From positions 124,001 through 188,000 of the forward strand of contig JASANG010003130.1 of assembly GCA_030248215.1 (NCBI GenBank): a stretch of 64,000 nt of DNA, written 5' to 3'. This DNA comes from Enoplolaimus lenunculus (taxonomy: Eukaryota). The notes under the pieces are model-generated. The model had not been told where the DNA came from, made no database searches, and saw only the letters and a program-made list of their open reading frames with translations. Positions 25,953 through 39,767 of the stretch are shown here, one piece after another; positions within the stretch are counted from its first letter, which is position 1; the number at the start of each line of letters is the position of its first letter. The position numbers were made by a program, and so were the translations under genes.

Positions 25953-27835
25953 GTAAGTGATATTGCGATGTATTTATGGATTTAAGATAAATTTTTGGTT
26001 TGGATTTTTCATTCCATGTCAGTGTCCATTCATGACAGCGCTGGGTTTATTTATTATACTTTTGCTGATGTCTGGAAGCAAAGCTCGAAACTTGCTTTCA
26101 ATCATCGTGTTTTAAACGACGAATTTGTTTGCCTTGCATTTAGATTGGGTCCTTTCAGATATATCCACGCCTAGCCGGCGTATGCTCAAAGGATTTTGAA
26201 AATTTTTTGCTTATTTGTGTTTCTCATGGCTTTCGCTGATCATTCCACGCCCTAATTGGAATGTTTCAAACATTCTATTTTTAGGGTCGCAAGGACTCTC
26301 CATGCGGCGTAAATTTTTTAGCAAATAGTTTGACAGTATATACTATTCGACGTAGCTCGCATAGCTCAGTGGAATGGTGTTAAATTTTCCGCAAGCAGGC
26401 GTTTGGCTAACGAGTTATGGTCACATAACTGATTTTGCGTCATCCCAAATTGATGGTAACTCGCGAAATAAAGCTATTTGACAATAACTCGTTAACCAGA
26501 TCAGGGAAAGTCATGATAAGCTCAAATATACAAAAATTTCTAAAATCCAACCATTTTTGGACAAAGGTTGAGGGAGATAACCCTAAAGACCCTTCAGATT
26601 TAACGTCAGTATCTTGATTTGTGCTGATAAACATGTTACCACTATCTGCAGTTAACAAAATTGAAGAATGACAGTAGTTCAACTTCAACGAGGCTGCAAA
26701 ATGAAGTTTAGAAATGTAGCAGTGTTGCAAGCACATTTGAACGGTGCGGTGCTTAGCGCGCCCAAAACAATAAACGCGGTGGGATCTCAGGCCCGTAGCC
26801 AGCTAACCGTGCTAGGGGGAGCTTAAAATGTTTCATGAGGGACATATAAGGGTTTTCAATGACTTACAATCAAGGTCAAGGTTGACGAAAACTGCTTACG
26901 AGGACCAAAATTTTTCCAGGGGGCTCATCCCCCCTGGCCTCCACTTGGCTACGGCCCAGGGAGAGCCTTCACACTCACGGGGCCACTTATACAATCTTAA
27001 AACGTCGATACCGTCCCGTAGCATAAGGGGCCTGAATTTTCAACCTTGCTTTATAAGTCATCGAAAAACCTTCAAGTAATTACTTAAGTCGCCGACTTAA
27101 GTAAATACTTAAATTCTCGAGCCCAACCAAAGAAGCGCCAAATAACGGCCATTGTCATGGCAAGAAACTAAGACTTTTGCTTTATATTAAGGAGGCATCT
27201 TGAGTCTACAATTTCAACTGCACCAAGGATTGTATGCCTGAGCGGCTAATTTGTAGTATATCAAATTTAGTCAGCGATTTAAGTATTTACTTAAACTTAA
27301 GTACGCTTTTAAAAACGGCAAAATAGTTAAGCAAATACTACTTAGGGTTTCGGAAGCCCAGCCATTGAAGTTTTACTGGCCCCTATATATCAAATTGTGA
27401 TCTTCCGCACAATTTGTAACACCACTCGCTACATATATCGTTTAGCTAAACGTTGCTATTTTGGCCGGAGATTTTAGTGTGATGAAACTTTTTCGCAGAC
27501 TCCAACGTTTTTGTTTTTCATTTGCAAAAACTGTCAACAAATACTATGGGTTCAAGACTAAAGTTGAAATGTAATTTCACCGGAATCAACACTGTTCCCC
27601 CTGGTGTATAATTGACGCTTGGTGCGGTACATTCGAGCGTCAATTTATTAACTGAACCTATCATCACTTTTGAAAAGAAAAGTATACTTAAAACGTTTTT
27701 GCAACCAGGAAACTTTGGACGAACTTTTTTGTATTTGGCGTTTGTTTCCTTTTCAGCCCGAGCCAAAGCCAAAGAATAGCTCTTGTAATGTACTAGAGTT
27801 GGTTTTAACTCAAGATTAAATTGAAGGGAGAGACG

Positions 27836-27996
27836 CAGGCCTGTAGCCAGCTCACCTTTGCTTAGGGGCTAAAAACTTTTCAGGAGGGGCCTACAAGGGT
27901 TTTCAATTACTTACAAGCAAGGTTGAAAATTTTCTAAGGGGGCGCATAATTTTTCCAGGGGCGGTAAGTCCCGCCTCCCCCCTTGGCTACGCGAAA
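27836..27996. mobile_element. hAT-like MITE family A copy
   Basis: CAGGCCTGTAGCCA...TGGCTACG ends. TSD GAGAGACG/TAGAGACG (7/8). Confidence 0.8.
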
Positions 27997-28699
27997 TAGA
28001 GACGCAGGAACAGTTTGTTCTAGGAGATCGAGTAAGCATTTACTGCCTCGGCAAGTTAAAATTAAACTAATCTCTGCGACTCTCGTTTTTATAGCGCTGC
28101 GTTATTCAACCGGGGTCGACTGATTTTGTAAAAATTGTGGTCCTGCTCCGCCCGTAGCCAGAGGCGATCAGTCGGATATCAGCCCGCGCACCCCTTTAAA
28201 AAATTTGCTTCCCCCAGATAAGTTTTAAACTTGTTTGTAAATCATCGCAAACCCTTGCATGCCCCATCTGAAAATTTTTGGCAGCTCCCACCCAGCAAGG
28301 CGATCGGACTACGACGTTGGTCCCGGCGTGCCGGATTGTAACGAATCAGTATATAGTCTGTGCTCTTGTGTTGCGAATTTCCCAAATGTTTTTGCAATGC
28401 ATTGTTTGGGTACAGTTTTATGCATATAACATATCGGTTTGCTATTTGGCCCTCGCCAAGTACAATATTACGTAGCCATTAGCCCTACAACCAGTAATTC
28501 TTAGTAGAGATGGCAACACAAAATTTCCAGACGGGGCAAAGAAAATATTTCTGACATGGAGCTCTTTTAATGCAGTTGAAATAATTTTCAGCCAGAGGGA
28601 GCGAAGTTTTTAGTTTGTGAGTGGCGCCCCCTCTTGCCACATCTGTAGTTGCTGGCCTGTTTAACTATTAAATTAAACGGTATAGAAACTGTGGTGTAA

Positions 28700-28925
28700 G
28701 GGTTGCGCTATAGTTTTGTTGACGTCCGGTGGTGTCCGGCGCCGTCTGCCGCCCGTACGCCGCCGTCCGTCACTGTGCGTCACCCGTACGGCGTTATCCA
28801 TCACCGTGCGGTATCGTACGCAACTAACTCATGTACGATAACTTATGGTGCGAACGGTGACGGACGACGCCGTACGGGTGACACACGGTGACGGACGGCA
28901 CCGCACATCAAGTATAGCGCAACCC
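28700..28925. mobile_element. PIF/Harbinger-like MITE
   Basis: Perfect 13-bp TIR GGGTTGCGCTATA flanked by TAA on both sides. GC-rich palindromic interior with GGTGACGGA sub-repeats. Confidence 0.8.
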
Positions 28926-31409
28926 TAAGGTGTAGACAACACCTCAATGGTTAATTCGCCTGTGCTAAAATATCTCTTCGTTAAATGCTATCTTCGATTA
29001 CAAGATTTTTTCATTAGATAGCGCCGTACCGCTCTACAAATGTGAAATCCATTAATTGGATATAATAGTTCAGAGGCAAAGAATCAGCGGTCGTTGTCTA
29101 TCATGACGCGAAATTAAAGCGTTATAGATGCTTCCACACTCTGTCTACATATTGATGTTAAAGGCTGACGAAAAGCTGTATTTATGCCTAAGCCTTCTCT
29201 TTAAATGTGTGGAGAAAATGTACAAAGAGTTCAGTTATAGAAACTGACAATAAATGCAATTTTATTTACTCAGACGGCTTCATCTATTTTGTTAACTTGG
29301 TTTTGGCTTAGCTTATATAATTTCGTTTTTAGTATGTCAAAGAAAATAAACGTTTAAAAAGCTAATCAATAGGCTCAAGTATGATAAATGCTATCGCGAA
29401 GCTATGAGTCGTAAAGGTTTCCAAAAAAGACAAAGCTATAGGTTGGCACTAGTGTCTTGGGTGTTATTGACATCGATAGGGTTTACGCAAATGCAATAGT
29501 CAAACGGCTTATGTTCATGCGAGTAGCCAGATTACCTTGCTAGGCTGCTAAACGTTTTTCAGCAAGGGTGTACAAGGGTTTTCGGTGTCTTGCAAGCAAG
29601 GATGAATAGCTTCTAACGATGCCATTTGGTTGGCAAAATAATAAAACATTTTTGAAACTTTTATACTTCAATATCCGTTTTCCGTTTCCGTTTATACGAG
29701 ATTTATAATTAATTTTGAACGTAAGAATATTAATAATAATTGAATTTTCGTTATTTTTATAACAGAAAGAAACGACACGGAAACGGACCCCGACTTTTAC
29801 CGGAAACGAAAACGGATATCCAGTTACGTCCTGGTTACAGGTGTGGATTCGCAGTTACACAGACTCGACTGATGCCGTTCGACCCGAAACATTTTTCGAT
29901 GTTACTTTTGAATTTTTTTGTTGAATACAAAAGCGGTGTATGTGCACCCTTTGAACCCCGTCTTGATTAAACCCTTGCATTGATCGTATAAAAAGATCTC
30001 TTCAGTAAGTGTGGGACAATTGAAGAACAGAAAGGTATAATCTTCATTGAAGAGAACGTTTCTCAAGGGTGCTAATTCTGACCGTAGCCAAAGAGGCAAG
30101 ATAACTGGCTGGAAATGACAAAGCCCGTTTTGCGGAATGCGCAAAAGTTAGCGAATACACAAACATCTGCATGCAGATTTTCTTATAGAATAATCAAATT
30201 TATGTTGTAAGAATTCATTGTAAGCAATGCAATGCTGGAAAGTTGCCAAAAATACGTATATGGGGCATTGCAGATTTAATTATATAGATATATAGTAATC
30301 AGCACTGTATACTCTGCCACAAATGCAACATAACTTAGTTTCCTTAAACGGCGAACATAGCGGAAGAATTTTGGCAACCAGTAGAAAAGTTTCAACCTTG
30401 CTTGTAAGTTAACGAAAACCCTTGTATGCCCATCGTGAAAATTTTTTAGCCCACAAGCAAGATGAACTGGCTACGTAGCTTAGTGCTAACATGTCCACAG
30501 TGAAAACTGCAGCCCTTCGCTCAAAATGAAGTTTCGACCCAAATTTCTGTCGAACGAAATGCACTAAATTCATTTTTACTATCAATGACTTTATAATTTT
30601 GCTGAAGCAAATATTCAATTTTGTTTACTGTCGTAAAATGAAATGTTTGCATTCTTGCGTTAGCTTAACTGTGAATTCTTACAATCCGGTATATACAAAT
30701 AGTCAAACGCTGTGCCCAGTGGAACACGAGACAAGATTGCGTTAGGCCAGTCCGTGTTTGTGCAAAGACAATGCATTATCGAACCATCGTTAAACGGTTT
30801 GCCAGTTTACAAGTAATATTTTAATGGGTTTTCTTTCTGTGCCGGCCCCCACCGATCTGAATCGTTCGATGAACCACTGCAAGAAGTTATTTCAAATTCA
30901 TCTACACTTAGCGTACCACAGTGTAATTTCTACACGATTTTGATTTTCAGTGTTGAGACGTTTGAAATAACGATGCATACAGCATTATTAACATCACTAC
31001 CGGATCCAGAAGGGAGCGGCCGGGAAGCGTACGCCCCCCGATCAGAAAGCGTTTTGTGATAAAATGGCAAGGTTCATTTTGCAAGGGGAAGCCTACGCCC
31101 CCCAATCTGAAAACGTTTTGTGATAAAATGATAGGTTCATCTTGCGATTTTCCCCTATAAAAGTTGGCACATATATTGCATGCAGTAGAAATTGCGTTTC
31201 ATAACTCTCCAGCCCGCCAATCCCGTCAGAAATTTCTGGATATACCAGTGATTAACAGTAGTAATTATAACTCCCTATGCGGGGGGGGGTATGACTACCT
31301 GTCTACTTGGCGCGATAATCTAGCTAGCGAAGCAAGTCGGAGGCTGAAAGCAATTTGTTAACGTAATCTTACTAGTGAAATATTTTTGGTTTTAATCCCT
31401 ATCGCAGGG

Positions 31410-32220
31410 TTAGGCCTCCCCTTGGATTCGCCAATTATTAGCCTCAACTTGGACTCGCCAATGATTAGCCTCCCCTTGGACTTGCCAATGATTAGCCTCC
31501 CCTTGGACTCGCCAATGATTAGCCTCCCTTTGGACTCGCCAATGATTAGCCTCACCTTGGACTTGCCAATGATTAGCCTCCCCTTGGACTCGCCAATGAT
31601 TAGCCTCCCTTTGGACTCGCCAATGATTAGCTTCACCTTGGACTCGCCAATGATTAGCCTCCCCTTGGACTTGCCAATGATTAGCCTCCCCTTGGACTCG
31701 CCAATGATTAGCCTCACCTTGGACTCGCCAATGATTAGCCTCCCCTTGGACTAGCCAATGATTAGCCTCCCTTTGGACTCGCCAATGATTAGCTTCACCT
31801 TGGACTTGCCAATGATTAGCCTCCCCTTGGACTCGCCAATGGTTAGCCTTCCCTTGGACTCGCCAATGATTAGCCTCCCTTTGGACTCGCCAATAATTTG
31901 CCTCCCCTTGGACTCGCCAATGAATAGCCTCCCCTTGGACTCGCCAATAATTAGCCTCTCCTTGGGCTCGCCAATGATTAGTCTCACCTTGGACTCGCCA
32001 ACGATTAGCCTCCCTTTGGACTCGCCAATGATTAGTCTCCCTTTGGACTCGCCAATGATTAGCTTCACCTTGGACTCGCCAATGATTAGCCTCCTTGGAC
32101 TCGCCAATGATTAGCCTCCCTTGGACTCGCCAATGATTAGCCTCCCTTTGGACTCGCTAATGATTCTCCTCCCCTTGGACTCGCCAACGATTAGTCTCCC
32201 CTTGGATTCGCCAACAATTA
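31410..32220. repeat. 27-bp minisatellite (TTGGACTCGCCAATGATTAGCCTCCCC), about 30 copies
   Basis: Tandem units with recurring variants (CCCC/CCCT/CACC; TCG/TTG). Confidence 0.95.
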
Positions 32221-32287
32221 CAGATTTTGAGAGTTTGCATTCTTCAGCTTAAATATAGCCAAACCTTGTCTGAAGTTGAAATTGCTG

Positions 32288-32296
32288 TAATAATAA

Positions 32297-32336
<40 letters not shown>

Positions 32337-32362
32337 TTAATAATAATAATAATAATAATAAT
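32288..32362. repeat. (AAT)n microsatellite
   Basis: About 24 imperfect AAT units. Confidence 0.95.
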
Positions 32363-32936
32363 GCTGATATTTGGTTTTTTCGTTTAATATTTGATGAATA
32401 ATATGTGAGATGAGTGAAACACCATAGGAAAATTTAAGTAGTTCTTGTTTCTGGCAATGAAAAAAGTTCTGGGCACTGGCAAAATATTTGCAAAAATCAG
32501 CGGCGTATCGAGACATTTGGATTTGAAGGGTGTGATATTTAAAACGAGTAAAGTATTGGGTTTGAAGACAACACTTCCAAATCGTTAACTATTGTTCCAT
32601 GACACAACGGAGATTGTTGTCTGTTCTTAAGACACAACCATGTTTCTCATTCTTCGTCTGGTTTCTGGCTCATTTCGAGCTGGTTAGGCCAATCTACAGA
32701 ACAGGGCCGTAACATTTGTGTAAATATGTTCCTAAGTCCAAGCAAAAACCATTCGTCTAAAGCTTAAGCTTACTCTATTTCAGTCCCGCACAAAAACATT
32801 CCGTCGGAGATCTTTAAATAGGCCGATGATTGTAAGAAACTAAAATGTCAAATGTTAATTTACATTTTGTTTTATGACCTTTAAAATTATAAATGAAGCA
32901 TTTCAAAAGTTTAAGCGACCTGCCTGTCAGCAGTCA

Positions 32937-33119
32937 GGCCCATGTTACTTTTAGAGGCGTCCAGGTTTCTGGTGGGTCTGTAAAAGAGTAGTTTTTTTCG
33001 ATTCTACCATTACATTCTTTTGCTTAGGTTTAGGAACAAACTTTTGCAATGTTTAGGCTTAGGCTTAGCCTTAGGAATACGTTTAATGTACTATTACGCC
33101 CCTAAAAGTAACATTGGCC
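32937..33119. mobile_element. Merlin-like MITE family E copy
   Basis: GGCCCATGTTACTTTTAG...CTAAAAGTAACATTGGCC ends. TSD AGCAGTCA/AGCAGTTA. Internal TTAGGCTTAGGC. Confidence 0.8.
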
Positions 33120-33620
33120 AGCAGTTATTTAGCGTCACACGTAACAGTTTTATACGACCAAGCGTAGCGAGCGAGAAAATGTTTTTTGACTCCTAGGATT
33201 CTGAAGGACATTGTTAGTACTCTCAGGCGCTTTATATATTGCCAGAATTTTCCAAAGTTGATATGACACTCTGTCCCCAACTTTATATACGCCCCTCTCG
33301 TGGATTAGAATTTGAACAATGTTGCGAAACGAGAAACACTAACGCAAACATTAACTGCAAATGCAGCGCATTTTTGTGCAATTATTATTATTATTATTGT
33401 ATTTACGTGTATCCTTGGAATTTATTATGCTATGTTGCAAACTATTGCTAATTTGCATGTTTGCAATTTGCAATTTGTTACATTGAAGACATTTTTAATT
33501 TTCTTCAAATGCTGCTGCACCCAAGACCGTGGCTTGGAATTATTGACTTGGGAGGAAATTTTTTAATTTTTTTTATTGTTGCAGAAAAGGTTACGGGTCA
33601 ACATGCATATGAGAAGTTGG

Positions 33621-34031
33621 CGGCGGTACGGAATATAGACCCCTACGAATGTAATGAAAATCAACTTATTTTATAGATTTCGACGCGCTGAACTCAGCAG
33701 TACCATTTCTAAGGTTGTAGGGGGCTGGGTTTTTGAGTTTTATGGCCCTTTCAACTTCAACTTTTTACAATGTACAATTGTAAACTATGTACAAACGACA
33801 GCCAAATTGTATAACGATTAATCCTGGTATAGCTTATACTTTACGAACATGTGAATGATAGATACTTCCTCTACCAATCTGCGTGTATGCACTATAATTT
33901 CGAGGGTCATAACATTTGAACTGTTTGTCTTGCAGATATGAAACCGGTACCGTTGAACACAGCTCATCGAGATTTGTAAGATAGGCCACGTTTCGTTAAA
34001 TTCCTAGTGGGTTCAGATTCCGTACCTCCGC
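33621..34031. mobile_element. Degenerate foldback element with ~85-bp imperfect inverted arms
   Basis: CGGCGGTACGGAATATAGACCC...TACCATTTC mirrors GAAACCGGTACC...GGGTTCAGATTCCGTACCTCCG. Confidence 0.55.
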
Positions 34032-34297
34032 CTGAGTTTTTGTTGGCTGTCGGAATTGATTGAGAGCACATTGCCACATTTTGCTCGAAGTTAACTTTAT
34101 TACGATTAGCTATGTTCATAGCTGCCTGGCCTCTCTGCGGATTACTTTCTTCAAACTGTTTACGATATGGTCTTTCTTAAATGGGAGGGAGCCAGTTAAG
34201 CTGAAGTGAGGAAAAATCTAATAATTGATCAACCGTACCGGGTTCCGACAAAACTGATACTTTGTATTGAAATGGTATACAAAAAATATGAATAGAA

Positions 34298-34467
34298 GGG
34301 ACCAGTAAGAAAGGGCGGGACAGGAAGGCTCATCCCCTTCTTGAAAAAATTTTGCCCGCCCCGTTGAAAACTTTCAGCATTGCTTGTAAGTCAACCAAAA
34401 GCCTTGTCTGCCCGTCCTGAATAATTTTTAGCCCCCCCCATAGCAAGGTGAGCTGACAACGGGTCTG
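34298..34467. mobile_element. hAT-like MITE family A copy (reverse orientation)
   Basis: Family core in reverse complement. TSD GAATAGAA on both sides. Confidence 0.7.
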
Positions 34468-37400
34468 GAATAGAACAATCTCACATATGTAGCCGTAGTG
34501 AAAAGTGCTAGTAATTAAGATACACGTTTGACTTCTCGGAAATTCAAACCTTTAAATAAAAGTTAAACTTCCTTCTATTCATCTGAAATAATGAATGTAC
34601 ATAAACATTAGACGACACTTTATACTTGTTATATGGCTTCCATGGAAGACACTTTATACTTGTTATATGGCTTCCATGAATCATAGCTCATAAACCAGGT
34701 ATATAGCCAGCTCAACCTGGTGCGGGCAAAACAAATTTAGAGGGGCCTTCCCATTGCAATAGCAAGCTCACAAGCGGGCTAAAACTTTTAGGGGTGGGTT
34801 GGTTTCAACATTTTTAATTGGAGCTGAGCGCCAGCTGCCTCCGGTCCCACTGTAACCTTTATTGTGTTTGAACCATCCCATTTCCAACCATTTCATTCTG
34901 TCCAGTTATGCCTTAATGCCGTTCCACAGCCAACTCACCTGGCTAGGGTAGCTGAAAAGTTTTCATGACGGGTATACAACGGTATTCGATGACTTACAAG
35001 CAAGGTTGAAAATTTTCTATGGGGGCCAAAATTTTTCCAGCAGCGCTGAACCCTCCCTGCCCGACCTCTGGCTACGGACCCGTGATACGTATATATTACA
35101 GCTTTTCGCTTTTGCCGCCACATACGTGAATCATAAATATTACGTTTGTTACTGTCATAGTCATATTTATATCCTTCCTATTTTATGGAGATGCAGCGTG
35201 TGATGCATATAATATTTGGCGTTTTTTAGTGGTTTGTGGACATTTTTGTTGTTAAAAAATATAAAAAATTTAGTAAAATTAGTACGGATTAGTCTAGAAT
35301 TCTAAATACGTCTAAAACTGCGGTCAAACTGTCCGTAGCAAACAAGTTTTAACTATCGCTATAAACAACTTTGAGGTTTAACGAAACAATAATTGGTGAC
35401 AGCAAGACGATGACATCATTCTTGTGATGTTGGCAAGAATAAACATTGGCTGGGGTTCTGAAAACTTACATGAGTATTTGAGTTATGCTTAAAAATTACT
35501 TTAGTCGTTGACTATACATTTTTTAAAGGGCGAAGTTTGAGTCCTTAAAAATAAATTTTCAAAATTTCAATTTTGGGCGTGAAACGGATCAGGGAACGTC
35601 ATGAGAAACTCAAAGACGCAAAAATTGTCGAAATGCGATCATCATTTTTAGGAGAACGTCGGTTGGTGGAATAATAGAAAAAAAAAACCAGAAATTTGAT
35701 GTTTAGGCTTAACTATTAACTAAACACCAAACGATAAATGGGTCAAGTATTAAATTGCTTAGCCCATACCTGAGTATGAAATTGTATTTAAGTAGGGTTT
35801 CAGAAACCCTGCCATTGTTCATTATTATGCTGAAAACAGAACGTGCATCAATGAACGACGCGGAAAACCTTGGGCTATCAAAGGGATCAGGTGGAACACA
35901 TGGAACCTTGGTGAATCACATTTAGTACTCAGTATATGATATCTCATGGTTCCCTTGGTTGCTCGCATTCTAGGCACCGTTGGCCCAGCGGCGTAGCCTC
36001 GGTGCTGTTTGCTTATGTTTTTAAAATTTGTTTTAGATTAAACCAAACTGTTAAAACCTATTTGAAGAACGTGGGATTTTAATTTTTTAAACAAAAGTGT
36101 CTGCTACATGCATCAAATATTAATATTTAGAATGATACCACTTTATGGAGGGAGATTACTGGTTTGCGATGCCCATAGCGGCGTGTGGCGGTTCCCAGCA
36201 CACAAGAGTACAGAGAGAGAAATCAGTACAGAGAGAGTGGCCGTGTTAGGTATAGAGGCCGGCCTTTTGGGAGGCAGGGAACCGATGAACTTAATAGCGA
36301 CCGGGACGCTTAGCATTACGGTAGTCGAAAAACATTTACGCGCTGCTACCGGTTCGACGCTTGTAGAGTCGGTGAAGGCATTGAAAAGACCTCAGTTGAG
36401 TCTAATTTAAACGAGTGTGTCTAAACATTCGTTGAGTATATAAATTGAAACACGGCCCCTTATAGGAGCGCGGTTGAATGGCAGTCGAAATAGTACCAAC
36501 TTCGGCATTAAATTTGTACCTTCAAGTATTTGTTAATTTATGGGTTAATATTTTTACGATTTAATTGCTTCTAATATTAATAGGTTTTTTAGTGTCTCCT
36601 GAAGCAATTTTACAGACGATTTTGAAAAAAAAAATAAATATACAACGAAAATGTTTGAGGTTCCGACCTTAAATTAAAGCTTTTTCTTTATTGCTCAAGT
36701 TTTAGAGGAGATATTTGAAATTTGAAGTGTTTATATGAGTAAAAACTGTCGTTTTATTACTGCGCATAACCCGTAGTTTGTTGAATTTTTTTAATTTTAT
36801 GTTTGAAATGGAAAGTTGTTTCTTTTTGTTGCTTTCGTCTGTGTATTTCTTTGCAACGCTTCCAATGTTAATAGAGTAACATGATGATGGTCAGTTAATA
36901 CCCAGGCTATGGTGGGTTTTTTCTGTTATCCTACAGCTGGCGTTTGCCTTAATAATTGCGCGACTTTTGAAAATTGTTGTATATTTGAGCATCGCATGAC
37001 CTCAATGGATTATTCCACAGCCAAATTTGAAGTTTTTAAATATTTCATGTTTTTGAGATCCCGAGATTATATACCATTGAAAACAAATTGCCACGCCGAG
37101 GCGAATAGTGTTTAGTTTTTCGAGATTAGACAAATAATTCGCGGGCAATGTCCCTGTCCCTGCTAGGCACGTAGCCAGCCCAAATTGCTAGGACGGCTAA
37201 AAATTTTCCGGAGGGGCTTTCAATGGTTTTCAATAACTTGGAAGCAAGGTTGAAGATATTCTAGGGGGTAAGAGCCAAAATTTTTCCAGGGGGGTGAGTC
37301 TCCCTGCCCCCCTTTGCTACAGACCCGTGCCCCTCTACTTGAGTTTAGCTTGTCGCTCATTTCACTCTCGACGGTTTTCACTGATATGTATTGCGCCACA

Positions 37401-37490
37401 TCATTAACTTCTGGACGCTCCACTTTGATAACTAAAATACGTCTTTCAAGCTGATGGTGCAATAGTCTCTTGCCTCTCTTTGGTTCCATC

Positions 37491-37868
37491 CAATGGCGGA
37501 TCCACGGGGGGGCCACCCCGGCCGTGAGCCCCCCCAAGAGCATCTCGACAAAAATTATATAGTGTCTATGCTGTTCTACGCTGTTTATTTCTCTGTTTTA
37601 TACACAATAGTATAAGCACGCTTTAAATTCTCTTGGCCCTGGAGTCATTTATGCGCTACAATTAGGGATAATAGACATTTATGGAGTCTAAACAAGGGTT
37701 TAACGGCTCTACCCGCTTACGGATTCTTATTAGGGATACGGACTCCTATTAATTGGGACTCAAAATGGGGACCCCCTCTTATTTGGGTCACTACAGTATG
37801 GGTCAAAAATAACTTTATTACCTCTGAAATTTTGGGCCCCCCATTTTGAGATCCTGGATCCGTCACTG
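37491..37868. mobile_element. hAT-like MITE family B copy carrying an internal insert
   Basis: Same ends as 19746-19921, with perfect TSD GTTCCATC. Extra ~200 bp matches the repeat seen at about 21700-21900 and 43135-43305. Confidence 0.8.
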
Positions 37869-38545
37869 GTTCCATCCCTGTGAGAAGGCAAGCCAGTCTT
37901 TTTAACCCCCCTTTGGTTCCATCCCTGTGGGACGGCAAGCCAATCTGGCACTGTATATTTTCATTCTTTTGCAAAAATACCTAGCAAAAAATTTATATTT
38001 TGATTTAATTACGCCGTAGCAAGCATGTGTGGTCATAGATACCTTTCACAACAAAGATTATAGTATGGTCGGTACTTTGAGAATCGAACCGTTTATTCGT
38101 GGGACTATAATAGAGTAAGGTTCAGCTTTCGACGTAATTTTTTTGCATAAGTTTAGGACTAGTTATAGGCGTATCCTTAGGCTAAACGTTTAAGCTTAGG
38201 AATATGCTTATACTACTGTTACGCTCCTCAAAGTAACATTGGCCAAGTGGTCTCTAAGCCATTATAATCGATATTTTTTCAATACCGAACAGTTTTATTC
38301 AGTGCCGGATTCAGAGAGTTTTGATTGAGAAGAGGCTGCGCGATATTTAATTGTGAAAAAGCACGCGAGTAACCAAAAGCAATTTTTGTACTAAATTTGA
38401 ATTCAGTTTGGGACTTAAGCCTGAATGATCTTTTTTGGATCCGCCAGTGAACCGTTTTATTTTCAATATCGAACAGTTGTATCTCTGACAGTTGCTTAGT
38501 GACTGTTTTAAATTTACCCAGTGAAACGTTACTTGCATAAATGTA

Positions 38546-38704
38546 CACTGTAAAAAATGGGGAGCCAAATTGACTATCTCGGAAATAGGTTTTTCCCGAC
38601 TACACAAGCTGAGTCAAATTCGACTCAGCCAGAGTCAATCGTGCGACATAGTGAATCGAATTTGACTCTGGCGGAGTCAATTTGACTCACCATTTTTTGC
38701 AGTG
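38546..38704. mobile_element. TA-flanked MITE (CACTG(T/C)AAAAAATGG TIR) with GAGTCAA/TTGACTC sub-repeats
   Basis: Inverted termini flanked by TA on both sides. Related end fragment at about 6090-6136. Confidence 0.7.
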
Positions 38705-38817
38705 TAATAAGATTCCCACTAATTTAGTGCTTGAGGGTAGCTTTTAATAATAAGGTTGCAGAAAAGACCGCTAAATCATGTATTATTTGTGCGAGCAGAC
38801 AATCAGTTAACTCTGTT

Positions 38818-39647
38818 GTAAGATTGCATTTGGCTTATAGCTCTCTTCGCTTGCGAGGTGTTATAACTACTATTGTGTATTCTCGAAAAGCCTATTTCGG
38901 AGAGCGTCAATTTGACTAACTATTTTTGCCATCTAAGATTGCAGTCAATTTGACTGACCATTTTTTCAGTGTAAGATTGCATTTGGCTTATAGCTCTCTT
39001 CGTTTGCGAGGTGTTATAACTGCTATTGTGTATTCTCGAAAAGCCTATTTCGGAGAGCGTCAATTTGACTAACTATTTTTGCAGTCTAAGATTGCAGTCA
39101 ATTTGACTGATCATTTTTTCAGTGTAAGATTGCATTTGGCTTATAGCTCTCTTCGTTTGCGAGGTGTTATAACTGCTATTGTGTATTCTCGAAAAGCCTA
39201 TGTCGGAGAGCGTCAATTTGACTAACTATTTTTGCAGTCTAAGATTGCAGTCAATTTGACTGACCATTTTTTCAGTGTAAGATTGCATTTGGCTCATAGC
39301 TCTCTTCGCTTGCGAGGTATTATAACTACTATTGTGTATTCTCGAAAAGCCTATTTCGGAGAGCGTCAATTTGACTAACTATTTTTGCAGTCTAAGATTG
39401 CAGTCAATTTGACTGACCATTTTTTCAGTGTAAGATTGCATTTGGCTCATAGCTCTCTTCGCTTGCGAGGTGTTATAACTACTATTGTGTATTCTCGAAA
39501 AGCCTATTTCGGAGAGCGTCAATTTGACTAACTATTTTTGCAGTCTAAGATTGAAGTCAATTTGACTGACCATTTTTCAGTGTTAGATTGCATTTGGCTT
39601 ATAGCTCTCTTCGCTTGCGAGGTGTTATAACTACTATTGTGTATTCT
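38818..39647. repeat. 153-bp satellite, about 5.4 copies
   Basis: Unit starts at 38818, 38971, 39124, 39277, 39430 and 39582. Confidence 0.95.
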
Positions 39648-39767
39648 GCGCCCCTTCGATGAAAAATTACTGGATCCGTCATTGTACACACTGTGAGTAT
39701 ATACCATTATTTCAACAGGATTTTGGGTTTTTGGTTATAATTTGACGCGTAAAAAACCTAAAACGAG

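Noticed and set aside
26352..26420. tRNA/SINE-like start (GCATAGCTCAGTGG, A-box-like)
   Set aside because: No B-box (GTTCRANNC) at a suitable distance and no cloverleaf.
27518..27772. 84-aa - strand ORF as a nested gene in the RalGEF intron
   Set aside because: Non-ATG start, no recognisable domain and no convincing splice partners.
31358..32114. MISLPLDSP / GRLIIGESK repeat ORFs
   Set aside because: 27-bp minisatellite, with a stop and frameshifting units inside the array.
38818..39647. Regular array superficially like a CRISPR locus
   Set aside because: Whole 153-bp units are repeated with no unique spacers, there are no cas genes, and the context is eukaryotic.
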